The notes: generated by a model not told the origin, from the letters alone. Numbered from the stretch's first letter, positions 9,783-19,690 are shown. The stretch: 52,926 nucleotides of DNA from an uncultured Verrucomicrobiota bacterium (GCA_964609375.1 CAZSSA010000007.1:1-52926), one strand, 5' to 3'. Numbers and translations are program-made.

Positions 9783-10743
9783 CCGCCTGCCCTCCGTTTG
9801 CCAGCATCGAGATCAACTTTTCGTCCAACTCCTTCGCCGCATCATGCCCCAACCGCTTCAACATCTGGTCCAGCGCCGCCACTTCAACAACATTAGCCAC
9901 GTCTCGCCCCGGCGCCACCGGAATATTAATGGCGGGCACATTCACGCCCAGAATGCTCCTCAATCCCGTCGTCTGGCCGCTCCGATCATCAGACGCCACG
10001 GCTTCCTGGCTGCACAGGTTAATCACCAAATCCAACCGCTTCTCGTTCCGCACCGACGCCACCCCGAAAAGACTGGGCACATGAATGATTCCCAACCCGC
10101 GGATTTCCATGTGATACCGGGTTGCCCGCATCGGCGCCCCCACCAGGGCGCCGGAACTGTCCACCCGGCACGACGTCACATCATCCGCCACCAGACTATG
10201 CCCCTTCTTGATCAACGATAAGGCGGTTTCACTCTTCCCCACCCCCGCTTTCCCCATTAGCAACACCCCCAACCCCAGGATCTCCACCATGGTCCCCTGG
10301 ATCACCTGCCGTGGAGCCATCAGGTTCTCCATGACAATGGTCGCCGCATTCACAAAATGCTTCGTGACCATGGGCGTACGCATGACCGGCGTCTTGAACT
10401 CTTCCGCCAATTCCTCAAGCTCGGGAAGCACCCGATGCCGACGAGTCACCACCAAACACGGAATATTCCGCTCAAATAATTGCGTCAGCCGGATCCGTCG
10501 CTCGTCGTTATTCAGGGAATGCAGATAAGCCATCTCCGCATGACCCAACGTCTGCAGACGACGCGGCGCAAAGTAGCTGAAAAAACCCGTCAAGGCCAAG
10601 CCCGGCCGATTCACCGCCGCCTCGTCAATCTTCCGGCTCAATCCAGACTCGCCCGCCACCAAATCAAGGTCCAAACGCGTTCGGCCGGCTTTTAAAAAGT
10701 CGTCCACTGTCACTATCGTTTTATGAACCCCTGATTCACTCAT
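9775..10743 (-). CDS. hprK: HPr(Ser) kinase/phosphorylase
   Basis: NRPGLALTG, GKAGVGKSETALSL..GHSLVADD, MEIRGLGII, IPVAPGRDVA. Confidence 0.97.
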   Translation of the reverse strand: MSESGVHKTIVTVDDFLKAGRTRLDLDLVAGESGLSRKIDEAAVNRPGLALTGFFSYFAPRRLQTLGHAEMAYLHSLNNDERRIRLTQLFERNIPCLVVTRRHRVLPELEELAEEFKTPVMRTPMVTKHFVNAATIVMENLMAPRQVIQGTMVEILGLGVLLMGKAGVGKSETALSLIKKGHSLVADDVTSCRVDSSGALVGAPMRATRYHMEIRGLGIIHVPSLFGVASVRNEKRLDLVINLCSQEAVASDDRSGQTTGLRSILGVNVPAINIPVAPGRDVANVVEVAALDQMLKRLGHDAAKELDEKLISMLANGGQADE

Positions 10744-10755
10744 GCGTACGCTCGC

Positions 10756-11091
10756 TTACACTTCAGAGGGGATTTCCGCATCCCGGAGTTTCTCATCACC
10801 CTTATGCTCGTGTCGCTTGTCCAACGCACGCCGCAATTGCTTCTCCACCTTGTCCACCACTTCATCAATCGACGCATACATGTTTTCCGATTGCACCTTG
10901 GCTTCCACGCGAATATGCCGGCTGGCATGGATCACCACCTCGGCCATCTGCACGTACTTCTGAATGTCCATGATCACGTGAACCTTGTCCACGGTCGGAA
11001 ATTCGTCCGTTAATTTCGCAATACGCTTTTGCGCGTAATCCCTCATGCTGTCAGAAACATCAACATGCCGTCCGGTAATTTCAACTGCCAT
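10756..11091 (-). CDS. hpf: Ribosome hibernation promoting factor (short HPF/RaiA family)
   Basis: ITGRHVDVSDSMRDY..K..K, SENMYASIDEVVDKVEKQLRR. Start placed at ATG 11091; the track start overlaps lptB. Confidence 0.92.
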   Translation of the reverse strand: MAVEITGRHVDVSDSMRDYAQKRIAKLTDEFPTVDKVHVIMDIQKYVQMAEVVIHASRHIRVEAKVQSENMYASIDEVVDKVEKQLRRALDKRHEHKGDEKLRDAEIPSEV

Positions 11092-11110
11092 AATTTTGCC
11101 CTCCACTGCA

Positions 11111-11836
11111 CTACATACTGAATCGGGGTCCCAAATACAACTCCCGACTGACTTCATCATTAATCAGAAAATCACTGGTCCCTTCCCTCAATACCCGCCC
11201 CTCACAGATCAGATAAGCCCGATCCACAATGGACAAGGTCTCGCGGACACTGTGGTCCGTGATCAGAATTCCCAACCCGCGCTTCTTCAAGCTGCGGATA
11301 ATCTCCTGCACATCATAGACCGCCAGCGGATCCACCCCGCTAAAGGGTTCATCCAGAAGAATCATGGCTGGCTCCGTCACCAGGGCACGGGCAATCTCCA
11401 GTCGCCGCCGCTCCCCTCCGCTTAACGTGAAGGCCATCTGTTTCGCCAACCCGGCTATCCCAAGATCCTCCATCAATTCCTGCAACCGCTGCTTTCGCTG
11501 CCGTACCGTCAACTTGCGGGTCTCAAGAATCGCCATGATGTTGTCGGCTACCGTCAGCTTGCGGAAAATCGATGGCTCCTGCGCCAGATACCCCATCCCC
11601 GACCGCGCCCTCTCAAACATCGGCAACCTGGAAATATCCTTCCCCTTGAAGAATATCTTCCCGGCCGTGGGACGAATCAGGCCCACAATCATGTAAAACG
11701 TGGTCGTCTTCCCGGCACCGTTCGGCCCCAGAAGCCCCACAATCTCACCGGCATTGACCGTAACGCTGACCCCTTGGACAACCGTCTTCCCCCGGTATGC
11801 CTTCACTAAATCCTCTGTTCGTACTAACGGTTCCAC
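11111..11836 (-). CDS. lptB: LPS export ABC transporter ATP-binding protein
   Basis: GPNGAGKTT, YLAQEPSIFRKLTV, LSGGERRRLEIARAL, LDEPFSGVDP, ITDHSVRETL, YLG. Confidence 0.97.
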   Translation of the reverse strand: MEPLVRTEDLVKAYRGKTVVQGVSVTVNAGEIVGLLGPNGAGKTTTFYMIVGLIRPTAGKIFFKGKDISRLPMFERARSGMGYLAQEPSIFRKLTVADNIMAILETRKLTVRQRKQRLQELMEDLGIAGLAKQMAFTLSGGERRRLEIARALVTEPAMILLDEPFSGVDPLAVYDVQEIIRSLKKRGLGILITDHSVRETLSIVDRAYLICEGRVLREGTSDFLINDEVSRELYLGPRFSM

Positions 11837-11843
11837 TTGATCC

Positions 11844-12347
11844 TCACCGCTTTTTCATCACATCGTCAAATCCACCCTTCAACCCGCTCTGTCCCGGAGA
11901 AATCCGCAACACCGCATCTTCGCATTTTACCTTGTCGTCGTCTCGACTGAAAATAATCCGCGAACCGGACATCACCTCCGCCCCCCTCTTTACCACAGGC
12001 TTTCCAGTCAACACCAGCAACCCTGACTTGACACTATACGTGGCCCGCTCGCACGTTGCCATTCGATCTTCCTGGTCGATAACCACATTCCCCACCGCCA
12101 TAATCATCTCCGGCTGGTTGTTCGTCGAAAACAACGCCGTCATCTGGTCCGCCTTGATGGTCACCCGGACGTCCGTAACCACCACATCCCCGTCAAAGAT
12201 CGCCGTCTTCTTGGGATAATCAAAATCCAACCGTCGGGACGTAATCACCGTCTCATTGGTACTGGCCGCCACTCCAGCCTTCTCCCCCGCCCAACCACAG
12301 GTTGCCGTCACCATGATCGCCGCCATTATGAACCATTGTCTTTTCAT
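11844..12347 (-). CDS. lptA: LptA/OstA-family LPS transport periplasmic protein
   Basis: Signal peptide, OstA-like beta-jellyroll pattern (ITSRRLDFD, AIFDGDVVV, IKADQM, GNVVI, LVLTG.P.V), directly upstream of lptB. Confidence 0.8.
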   Translation of the reverse strand: MKRQWFIMAAIMVTATCGWAGEKAGVAASTNETVITSRRLDFDYPKKTAIFDGDVVVTDVRVTIKADQMTALFSTNNQPEMIMAVGNVVIDQEDRMATCERATYSVKSGLLVLTGKPVVKRGAEVMSGSRIIFSRDDDKVKCEDAVLRISPGQSGLKGGFDDVMKKR

Positions 12348-12348
12348 G

Positions 12349-12816
12349 TTACTGTCTCGCTACTTCTTTCCACACACTCGTGTTCTTCAACACAACGCGC
12401 GCCTCATTAAGGATTTCAATTCGCTGCCCCTCGGAGGACCACCGGAACCCGCGCCCCGTCACCCTCATGCTCCCCCGGTCGATACTCACGGCGGAATTCG
12501 AGAACGCCCGCTTCTCCTTGCGGTCAAACGTGCACTGGTCCGCCAGGATGGTGGCTTCAATCTGGCCATCCTTGAACATCACGATCTTCAACCCCGTAAT
12601 CTTGACCTGCCCGTCCGGAAGGATCTCCGCCTGGGTCCCCACCACTTCCGATTTCTTGACGCCGTTCGCATCGAACTCAGGCACCCGGAAATCCGAAATG
12701 ATCGACTTGGTCGTCGACGAACCCACGGGCAATTGCGCCTGACCCGGCGCCACCAGCGCCAGGAACATCACACCCGCCAGCATCCGCCAATAATTATCCA
12801 CGCCGAACCGTTTCAT
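12349..12816 (-). CDS. lptC: LptC-like LPS export protein
   Basis: N-terminal hydrophobic segment, beta-strand pattern ending GRGFRW....[10 protein letters not shown], position between kdsA and lptA. Start may be 12783. Confidence 0.65.
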   Translation of the reverse strand: MKRFGVDNYWRMLAGVMFLALVAPGQAQLPVGSSTTKSIISDFRVPEFDANGVKKSEVVGTQAEILPDGQVKITGLKIVMFKDGQIEATILADQCTFDRKEKRAFSNSAVSIDRGSMRVTGRGFRWSSEGQRIEILNEARVVLKNTSVWKEVARQ

Positions 12817-13618
12817 GAATCGTCCTTAACATGCGCCAGAGCCCGCCCAACACAGCCAATGGCACCGTATTATCCTTGTCCGACAACGCCTCCTCAGGCT
12901 TCACATGCGTTTCCAGGAATACCCCGTCACACCCCGTCGCCACCGCCGCCCGCGCCAACGCCGGAGCCCAGCGCCCATCCCCGCTGCTACGACTCCCCGC
13001 CCCGCCCGGCTTCTGCACACTGTGCGTCGCATCAAAAATCACCGGATAGCCAAACTCGCGCATGATCAGCAAACTGCGCATATCCGCCACCAGGTTGTTA
13101 TACCCGAACGACACCCCGCGCTCCGTCAACAGGATCCGCCGGTTGCCCGTACTCTCAACCTTGTCGATCGCATTCTTGATGTCCCAGGGCGCCATGAACT
13201 GGGCCTTCTTGATATTCACAACCGCACCGGTCTCGCCCGCCGCCACCAATAAATCAGTCTGCCGGCTCAGAAACGCCGGAATCTGTATCACATCCACAAC
13301 CTGGGCCGCACGAATCGCCTGCTCCACCGTATGCACATCCGTCAACACCGGAACGGCGAATCGACTTTTCACCTCCGCCAGAATCTCCAGCCCGCGCTCC
13401 AGTCCCGGCCCGCGAAACGACTTCACCGATGAACGGTTGGCCTTGTCATAGGACGCCTTGAAAATCAACGGTATCCGCTGCGCCTTCGCCAGCTTCACCA
13501 GTCGCTCGGCAATCATCAGGCAGCCTTCACGGCTCTCAATCACACAAGGCCCGGCTATCAAAGCCAACCCCCGGTTCGCCCCCATGCTGATTCCGCCAAT
13601 CTTAATCGTCTTTGCCAT
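12794..13618 (-). CDS. kdsA: KDO-8-phosphate synthase
   Basis: [57 protein letters not shown]. Confidence 0.98.
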   Translation of the reverse strand: MAKTIKIGGISMGANRGLALIAGPCVIESREGCLMIAERLVKLAKAQRIPLIFKASYDKANRSSVKSFRGPGLERGLEILAEVKSRFAVPVLTDVHTVEQAIRAAQVVDVIQIPAFLSRQTDLLVAAGETGAVVNIKKAQFMAPWDIKNAIDKVESTGNRRILLTERGVSFGYNNLVADMRSLLIMREFGYPVIFDATHSVQKPGGAGSRSSGDGRWAPALARAAVATGCDGVFLETHVKPEEALSDKDNTVPLAVLGGLWRMLRTIHETVRRG

Positions 13619-13648
13619 ATCGCTTATCCTTGTCGCTATCCAACCCGC

Positions 13649-14407
13649 TCAAGACAACAATCCCGCCGCACGAAGCGCCGCTTCCGCCAGAACAACATCC
13701 TCCGGCGTATCCACACCCAGGCCAATCTCCTGCGTCTGCACCACCTTCATCATCGCCCCGAGATGCAACGCCCTCAACTGCTCAAGCTTCTCCGCCTGCT
13801 CCAACAAACAAGGCGGCTCCACCACCACGCGCTCCAAAAATTCCCGCCGATAGGCGTAGATCCCGACATGCCGCCAATACTGCATTCCAGCCGGCATCGC
13901 GTCACGCACAAAGGGAATCACCGACCGCGAGAAATAAATCGCCCGCCCGCCTTCCCCACACACCACCTTCACCACCGATGGCCGCTTCAATGTTTCCTCA
14001 TCGTCAATCGGTGTGGCGGCCGTCGCCATATCCCACTCATGCCCCTCCACCATAACCTGCGCCAACCGATCGATCAACTCCGGATCTATCAACGGCTCAT
14101 CCCCCTGGATATTAATCACAATACCCGCCCCCGACCGGGCCGCCGCTTCAGCCACCCGGTCCGTCCCGGAAGGATGATCCGCCCGCGTCATCACCGCCAC
14201 CCCGCCTAACCTGCCAACCGCGTCAAAAATCCGGCTGTCATCCGTCGCCACCACCACTTCGTCAAGACATTTCGCCTGGCGAACACGCTCTAAGACCCAC
14301 TGGATCAACGGCTTGCCGCCAATAGGCACCAGCGCCTTGCCGGGCAGCCTCGTCGACCCCCAACGGGCGGGAATCACTCCAATAACACCGGTCCGCTTAC
14401 CGCTCAT
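13649..14407 (-). CDS. kdsB: CMP-KDO synthetase (3-deoxy-manno-octulosonate cytidylyltransferase)
   Basis: IPARWGSTRLPGKAL, HPSGTDR, NIQGDEP, HVGIYAY, EKLEQLRAL, GVDTPED. Confidence 0.98.
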   Translation of the reverse strand: MSGKRTGVIGVIPARWGSTRLPGKALVPIGGKPLIQWVLERVRQAKCLDEVVVATDDSRIFDAVGRLGGVAVMTRADHPSGTDRVAEAAARSGAGIVINIQGDEPLIDPELIDRLAQVMVEGHEWDMATAATPIDDEETLKRPSVVKVVCGEGGRAIYFSRSVIPFVRDAMPAGMQYWRHVGIYAYRREFLERVVVEPPCLLEQAEKLEQLRALHLGAMMKVVQTQEIGLGVDTPEDVVLAEAALRAAGLLS

Positions 14408-15407
14408 TGGCTACCACACTGGCTAGTAGCTCTTCCGGCGAACAGGTGGCCGTCCCCAGTTTGGCCACCACCACACCCGCCGCATTATTACCCAACACCG
14501 CCGCCTCGTCGCCGGAGGCACCCGCCGCCATCGCCAGCACACACGTGGCAATAACCGTATCGCCCGCCCCGCTTACATCAAATACCTCGCGCGCCCGCGT
14601 CGGAATCACATGCGGCGCTTTCGTCGGCGAAACCACATACATCCCTTTCGGCCCCAGCGTCACAATCAACTGCGAGGGAGTCCACTTCTTCATCAGGATA
14701 TCCGCCGCCTTTCGCAGCGAAACATCATCCAGCGGATCGCCGGGCGGCGGCGGATGATACATCAACCCCGCACACGCTTGAGCCTCCTTGTAGTTGGGAG
14801 TCGCCAGGGTCAATCCCGCCATCCTGAGATCAAGGTTGTCCTTCGGATCCAGCCCCACCGGCACCTGGCGCCGGTTCGCCGCCGATGCCGTCGCATCCAT
14901 GACCTCCTGCCGGACCACTCCCTTGCTGTAATCCTCAATCACTACCCCCGTGGACCGCCCAACCTCCGCTTCCACCATCGCGCAAAACGCCTTCACATCC
15001 GTATCAGGTAACTCCGGCCGGCTCTCCCAGTCCACTCGCACCACCTGCTGACGGTCGGCCAGCACCCGCATCTTGACGGTCGTCGGGCGCCCGGCAATAA
15101 CCCGTACCGCTTCGGTTCCAATCCCGCGCTCCTTCAGGATCGCCATCAACTCCACACCGGCGGCATCGTCACCCACAATCCCCGCCACGCTCGCCTGCCC
15201 ACCCAACGCGCAAATATTGTAGGCCACATTGGCCGCACCACCCGGCACCCGGCGCTCATGGTTGACTTGCACCACGGGAACAGGCGCTTCAGGCGAAATA
15301 CGCTCCACGCTCCCATGGATATACTTGTCCAGCATGAGATCCCCGACCACAAGAATCCGTTGCCGCCGGAAAACCTCCATCAATGCCTTGGCGCGTTCAA
15401 CTTTCAT
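14397..15407 (-). CDS. rfaE1: D-glycero-beta-D-manno-heptose-7-phosphate kinase (stand-alone HldE/RfaE kinase domain)
   Basis: VVGDLMLDKY..G.VERISPEAPVPVV, PGGAANVA, DYSKGV, TPN, VFDVSGAGDTVIA; no adenylyltransferase domain fused. Confidence 0.92.
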   Translation of the reverse strand: MKVERAKALMEVFRRQRILVVGDLMLDKYIHGSVERISPEAPVPVVQVNHERRVPGGAANVAYNICALGGQASVAGIVGDDAAGVELMAILKERGIGTEAVRVIAGRPTTVKMRVLADRQQVVRVDWESRPELPDTDVKAFCAMVEAEVGRSTGVVIEDYSKGVVRQEVMDATASAANRRQVPVGLDPKDNLDLRMAGLTLATPNYKEAQACAGLMYHPPPPGDPLDDVSLRKAADILMKKWTPSQLIVTLGPKGMYVVSPTKAPHVIPTRAREVFDVSGAGDTVIATCVLAMAAGASGDEAAVLGNNAAGVVVAKLGTATCSPEELLASVVANER

Positions 15408-16166
15408 TCAATGACCCTCCGGAACACTCCACCAATCCTTGATTCGGCGAACATCGCCGTCCCAAACTCCCTTGTAGGAAACCTCAGCGTAGGGAACCCC
15501 ATCCTTGCTCACCCATGTCCGCCGGATCGACCGTCCATCCACACGCCCCTCACGCCGGACCACCAGCGCTTCCACTTCATATACCCGTAACGTCGCCGTC
15601 GGCGTGTCGCTCACCCCGGACCAGAAACTCAATCCCTGCACAAACGCCTTCATCTCCCAGTCCGCCCCGCGCCAGAAAATGGAACTGTCGCGAATGGAAA
15701 CCCTCACACGCCCGGGCGCATCCGCAAACAATCCCGCCGTCTCCCGTACATCCCGAAGCCCGGCAATCCGGCTGAACACATCAGGCATCCATCCATCCGC
15801 TGCCTGCACCAAATCCAATTGCGCACCCGTCACCTCAAGGATAACACCCTTGCGCCTCCATCCAATCCGCACCTCCCGCGCCTTGAAATCCCCCTCGGGC
15901 GCCTGGCCGGGGTGGATCGCCACCTCGTTCAACACCAAATCACACGGAATGCCCAGCCTCGCCTCGCCAATCGTCAAGGCTAACCCCGTCTGCGATTGCA
16001 GGGCCTTCGAAATCATCCCGCAACCGCCTCGCGTCTTCGCCGCTACCGCCAAACCCGCCACCACAAGGGCCAGCAGCAACAGGAACATCGTCAGGCACCC
16101 CAGCACCGGCAAACGCCGACGCGGAGGACGCACATAACTTTCCAGATCGGCATCAGGCCTGCTCAT
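15408..16166 (-). CDS. Hypothetical protein, N-terminal membrane anchor plus beta-rich domain (possibly AsmA-like)
   Basis: Basic patch then TM helix (LTMFLLLLALVVAGLAVAA), then alternating hydrophobic strands. Stop abuts hldE start; start at ATG 16166 overlaps the yggS end. Confidence 0.7.
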   Translation of the reverse strand: MSRPDADLESYVRPPRRRLPVLGCLTMFLLLLALVVAGLAVAAKTRGGCGMISKALQSQTGLALTIGEARLGIPCDLVLNEVAIHPGQAPEGDFKAREVRIGWRRKGVILEVTGAQLDLVQAADGWMPDVFSRIAGLRDVRETAGLFADAPGRVRVSIRDSSIFWRGADWEMKAFVQGLSFWSGVSDTPTATLRVYEVEALVVRREGRVDGRSIRRTWVSKDGVPYAEVSYKGVWDGDVRRIKDWWSVPEGH

Positions 16167-16863
16167 CAATGATCCTCTTTGCTCGCGCACCAAACAACCG
16201 GGTCCCCACCCGGATCCACGTTGACCCCTCTTCAATCGCCACCTCAAAATCGTGCGACATCCCCATCGACAATTCGGGCAGCACCACTCCACACTCCGCC
16301 TGCCAACGGTCCCGCGCCTCCCGCAACGCCCGGAAAAATGGACGCGCCTCTTCCGGATCTTCCGCAATCGGAGGGATCGTCATCACCCCCACCACACGAA
16401 CCCGGAATAAGGTCGACGCCGCCTTCAGCACCCCCGGCACCTCCTCCGGAGTCATCCCGAATTTACTGCGCTCACCCGACACATTCACTTCAAGACACAC
16501 CGGAAGATTCCGCCCTTCCTCCTGACAAACCCGATCCAGCGTTTCAAGCAATTTCAGCGAATCCACCGCATGCACCATTTCAAAAAGCTTCACCGCCTCA
16601 CGGGCTTTATTCGTTTGCAGATGGCCAACCAAATGCCAATGGGCCGCGGACGGGCATTGCGGTATCTTCTGGCGGGCTTCCTGCACCTTGTTCTCGCCAA
16701 AATGGATCACCCCCAACTGGACCGCCTCCATCACCGCCTCCGGCCCATGTGTCTTGGAAACGGCCAAAAGCTGTACGGAGAAAGGATCCCGACCCGCGCG
16801 TGCGCAAGCCTGCTCCATCCGCCGCCGAATCTCACCCAGCCGGTTATCCATCTCCACATTCAT
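16153..16863 (-). CDS. yggS: PLP homeostasis protein (YggS/PLPBP family)
   Basis: LLAVSKT, FGENKVQE, WHLVGHLQTNK, LEVNVSGERSKFG, LSMGMSHDFEVAIEEGSTWIRVGTRLFG. Confidence 0.97.
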   Translation of the reverse strand: MNVEMDNRLGEIRRRMEQACARAGRDPFSVQLLAVSKTHGPEAVMEAVQLGVIHFGENKVQEARQKIPQCPSAAHWHLVGHLQTNKAREAVKLFEMVHAVDSLKLLETLDRVCQEEGRNLPVCLEVNVSGERSKFGMTPEEVPGVLKAASTLFRVRVVGVMTIPPIAEDPEEARPFFRALREARDRWQAECGVVLPELSMGMSHDFEVAIEEGSTWIRVGTRLFGARAKRIIDEQA

Positions 16864-16895
16864 CGTCCAATCCCTCTTGATCAGTCCGACCTCTC

Positions 16896-16923
16896 CTGAA
16901 CCCTAAACCCCGAACCCTGAATC
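16896..16923. repeat. Heptamer tandem array x4
   Basis: ctgaacc ctaaacc ccgaacc ctgaatc in the recR-yggS gap. Confidence 0.85.
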
Positions 16924-16928
16924 CCCCC

Positions 16929-17543
16929 CTACACCGTCTGCCGTCCCTTCAACGCACGCGCCAGCGTCAACGAGTCCGAATACCGGATCCCGCTACCCAC
17001 CGGTATCCCTGACGCCGGTCGCGTCACCTTTACCCGGTGCACCTTCATCAATTCCGCCACATATCCCGCCGTCGCCTCGCTCTCCACATCCATTCCCAGC
17101 GCCAAAATCACTTCCGTAAATTTCTCGTCCTCCACGCGCTTCATCAACGTCGCCAACCGCAAATCATTGACACTCTCCCCATGCATGGGCGAAATCACCC
17201 CCATCAACGCATGGTAGCGCCCCTTGTAACTTCCTGTCCGCTCAATCGCCACAATATCGCCGGGATCCTGCACCACGCACACAACACTGGCATCGCGCCC
17301 CGGCCCCACGCACAGGCGACACGGCATCTCCACAACTGTCGTAATACTCCCGCATCGCTCGCAAAGCCGCACCTGATCAGACGCCGCCTTTAGCGACTCC
17401 AGCAACTCCCGCATCGTCTCGCCGGAGTTCCACGCCAGACTGTACGCCATTCGTTCCGCCGAACGGCGTCCAATCCCCGGCAACTTCGCCAAGGCTCCAG
17501 CCACACGATCAAGATGCTCCATCCCATTCATTGCAGTCCCCAT
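16929..17543 (-). CDS. recR: Recombination mediator RecR
   Basis: LPGIGRRSAERMA, C4 zinc finger CERC..CRLC, YHALMGVISP, TOPRIM region. Confidence 0.97.
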   Translation of the reverse strand: MGTAMNGMEHLDRVAGALAKLPGIGRRSAERMAYSLAWNSGETMRELLESLKAASDQVRLCERCGSITTVVEMPCRLCVGPGRDASVVCVVQDPGDIVAIERTGSYKGRYHALMGVISPMHGESVNDLRLATLMKRVEDEKFTEVILALGMDVESEATAGYVAELMKVHRVKVTRPASGIPVGSGIRYSDSLTLARALKGRQTV

Positions 17544-17550
17544 CCCAATT

Positions 17551-17604
17551 CTGAAATCTTAAATCTGAAATTTAAAATCCCGCCTGAACCCTGAACCCCG
17601 AACC
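17551..17604. repeat. Two adjacent heptamer tandem arrays
   Basis: ctgaaat cttaaat ctgaaat ttaaaat (17551-17578) and ctgaacc ctgaacc ccgaacc (17584-17604) in the ybaB-recR gap. Confidence 0.85.
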
Positions 17605-17614
17605 CTCCCCCTCC

Positions 17615-17932
17615 CTATATCCCCATCATCCCCGGCGGCAATCCCATCCCCGCCGTCACCTTCTTCATCTCCGCCGCCGCCATTTCGCGACTCTTCTTGA
17701 TCGCCCCGTCCACCGCCGCCAACACCATATCCTCCAGCAACTCCTTATCCGCCGGATTGATCACCTTGGGGTCAATCTTGATCTCGACGATCGATCCATC
17801 CCCCGCCGCCACGGCCGACACCATGCCGCCACCGCTGGAAAAACTCACGCGCTTCCCCGCCAATTCCGCCTGTGTTCGCTCCATGTCCTTCTGCATGGTC
17901 TGCGCCTGCTTCATCAACTTCATGATGTTCAT
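17615..17932 (-). CDS. ybaB: YbaB/EbfC nucleoid-associated protein
   Basis: MKQAQTMQ, SGGGMV, IKIDP, LLEDMVLAAV; dnaX-ybaB-recR synteny. Confidence 0.96.
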   Translation of the reverse strand: MNIMKLMKQAQTMQKDMERTQAELAGKRVSFSSGGGMVSAVAAGDGSIVEIKIDPKVINPADKELLEDMVLAAVDGAIKKSREMAAAEMKKVTAGMGLPPGMMGI

Positions 17933-17950
17933 ATCAAGCTGTCTCCATCC

Positions 17951-19678
17951 TTATTCGCGAATATCCACAATGCCGCCGTTAAAAATCTCCAGCGCTTTCC
18001 GCACCACCGGGTCCTTCGTCCATTCCTGCTTCGACTTCACCCCCTTCGCCCTGCCCGCCTGCTCCGCCGTATGATCCGCCGGAACATCCACATGCCCGTC
18101 GCCGTGAATCAACTTCAAATCAACGCTGACCGTGCGCTTCAGCACCTGAAGCATCACGCTCTGCACCGCCCGCATGTACATCGGGTTCTGCGCCACGCGC
18201 TCCAGATTCTTTGCAAACTCCGGATCAAACCCGATCGTCAACCGCTCGGCGGTTATCTCCAGCGGCGTGGTGTCCAGCAACATGCTCTTCGCCAGCGGCA
18301 CCACCTTCCCGATTCGGTCAACAACGTCATGCCACTGCGCTGTCAGCATCGCCAACTCATCCGCAGGACTTGCCGGAATGGCCGGTTTTACCGCTGCGGA
18401 AACCGGCGCCTCAGGCGCAACCACCGGAACAGCCGCTGGCGTCCGCACACGATAAGCCGATGGCGCCTCACTGGCCACCGCCACCTTCCGGACAGGAGCC
18501 GCCGGGGCCCGCTCCGCCATCGCCGCCCCGACATCCACTCCGCTCTTCCCCAGGGCTTCAATCCGCCGCACCAGATCATCAATCGATACCGCCGTCGTCC
18601 TCGCACACCGGATCAACGCCGTCTCCACCTGGGTGCGACGCGACAGGGCAAACCGCAGGCGGTCTTCCGTCTGCGACAGGATATCCGCTATCCGCAACAA
18701 ACGGTCAGCCGTCGTCAATGCCGCCTGCCGTTTTAACGTCGCCAACTGGGCCGCCACCAGATCCTCTTGCCCTGCCACATCCGGCGCGCAAAGCTGAACC
18801 AGCAGCGCCCGGAAGTAATCCAGCAATTCCAACACCAGGCGCTGCATATCCTTCCCGGAGGAATCCAACTCGCTGATGATCCGCACGATCGCTCCCACAT
18901 CCCCCTGCAACACCGACTCCGCCAGCGTTTCCATCGTCTGGCGCGCCACCAGCCCGAACACCGACAACACATCTGCTTCCTTGATTTCATTCCCTCGAAA
19001 GGCAATCAACTGGTCCAGCGCCGACTCTGCATCCCGCATCCCCCCCTCAGCGCCTCGGGCAATCGCCAGGGCCGCATCCCCCTCCAGTTGCACCCCCTCC
19101 GCCGCGGCAATCTTCTGAAGCTGCTCCACGATCAACCCCGCCGGTATCCGGCGCAAGTCGAACCGCTGACACCGCGATACGATGGTCGGCAGGATTTTAT
19201 GCGCTTCCGTCGTCGCAAAAAAGAACTTCACATGGGCAGGCGGCTCCTCCAGCGTCTTCAGCAATGCATTAAACGCACCGGTGGTCAACATGTGGACTTC
19301 GTCAATCAGGTAGATCTTGTAGGCGCCGCGGGTTGGCGCAAACTTCACGTTCTCGCGCAATTCACGAACCTGATCCACACCATTATTCGAGGCGCCGTCA
19401 ATTTCCATCACGTCCATCGACGTGCCAGCCGCAATCTCCCGGCACGAGTCACAGACATCGCAAGGCGTCGCCGTCGGCCCCTTCTCGCAGTTCAGAGCCT
19501 TGGCGAAAATGCGCGCCAGGGAGGTCTTCCCGATGCCGCGCGGCCCCACGAAAAGATAGGCATGGGCAATCCGCTTGGTCAGAATGGCGTTCTGCAACGT
19601 GCGCGTCACATGCGCCTGCCCCACCACGTCCTCAAACTGTTTCGGACGCCACTTCCGGGCTAAAACTTCATATGCCAT
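17951..19678 (-). CDS. dnaX: DNA polymerase III subunit gamma/tau
   Basis: LARKWRPKQFEDVVGQ, GPRGIGKTS, EIDGASNNGVD, IDEVHML, LKTLEEPP, SRCQRF, GGMRDA. Confidence 0.98.
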   Translation of the reverse strand: MAYEVLARKWRPKQFEDVVGQAHVTRTLQNAILTKRIAHAYLFVGPRGIGKTSLARIFAKALNCEKGPTATPCDVCDSCREIAAGTSMDVMEIDGASNNGVDQVRELRENVKFAPTRGAYKIYLIDEVHMLTTGAFNALLKTLEEPPAHVKFFFATTEAHKILPTIVSRCQRFDLRRIPAGLIVEQLQKIAAAEGVQLEGDAALAIARGAEGGMRDAESALDQLIAFRGNEIKEADVLSVFGLVARQTMETLAESVLQGDVGAIVRIISELDSSGKDMQRLVLELLDYFRALLVQLCAPDVAGQEDLVAAQLATLKRQAALTTADRLLRIADILSQTEDRLRFALSRRTQVETALIRCARTTAVSIDDLVRRIEALGKSGVDVGAAMAERAPAAPVRKVAVASEAPSAYRVRTPAAVPVVAPEAPVSAAVKPAIPASPADELAMLTAQWHDVVDRIGKVVPLAKSMLLDTTPLEITAERLTIGFDPEFAKNLERVAQNPMYMRAVQSVMLQVLKRTVSVDLKLIHGDGHVDVPADHTAEQAGRAKGVKSKQEWTKDPVVRKALEIFNGGIVDIRE

Positions 19679-19690
19679 GGTGTTACACCC

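Noticed and set aside
370-9896. Long antisense and alternate-frame ORFs (e.g. 3011-4192, 6342-7553, 7952-8620)
   Set aside because: Shadow ORFs of high-GC genes; they lie opposite well-supported conserved proteins and show no motifs.
16896-17604. Tandem arrays as a CRISPR array
   Set aside because: Units are 7-9 nt with no spacers, and no cas genes are present.
17951-19678. Programmed frameshift producing the DnaX gamma subunit
   Set aside because: I saw no A-AAA-AAG heptamer or long homopolymer in the post-domain-III region.
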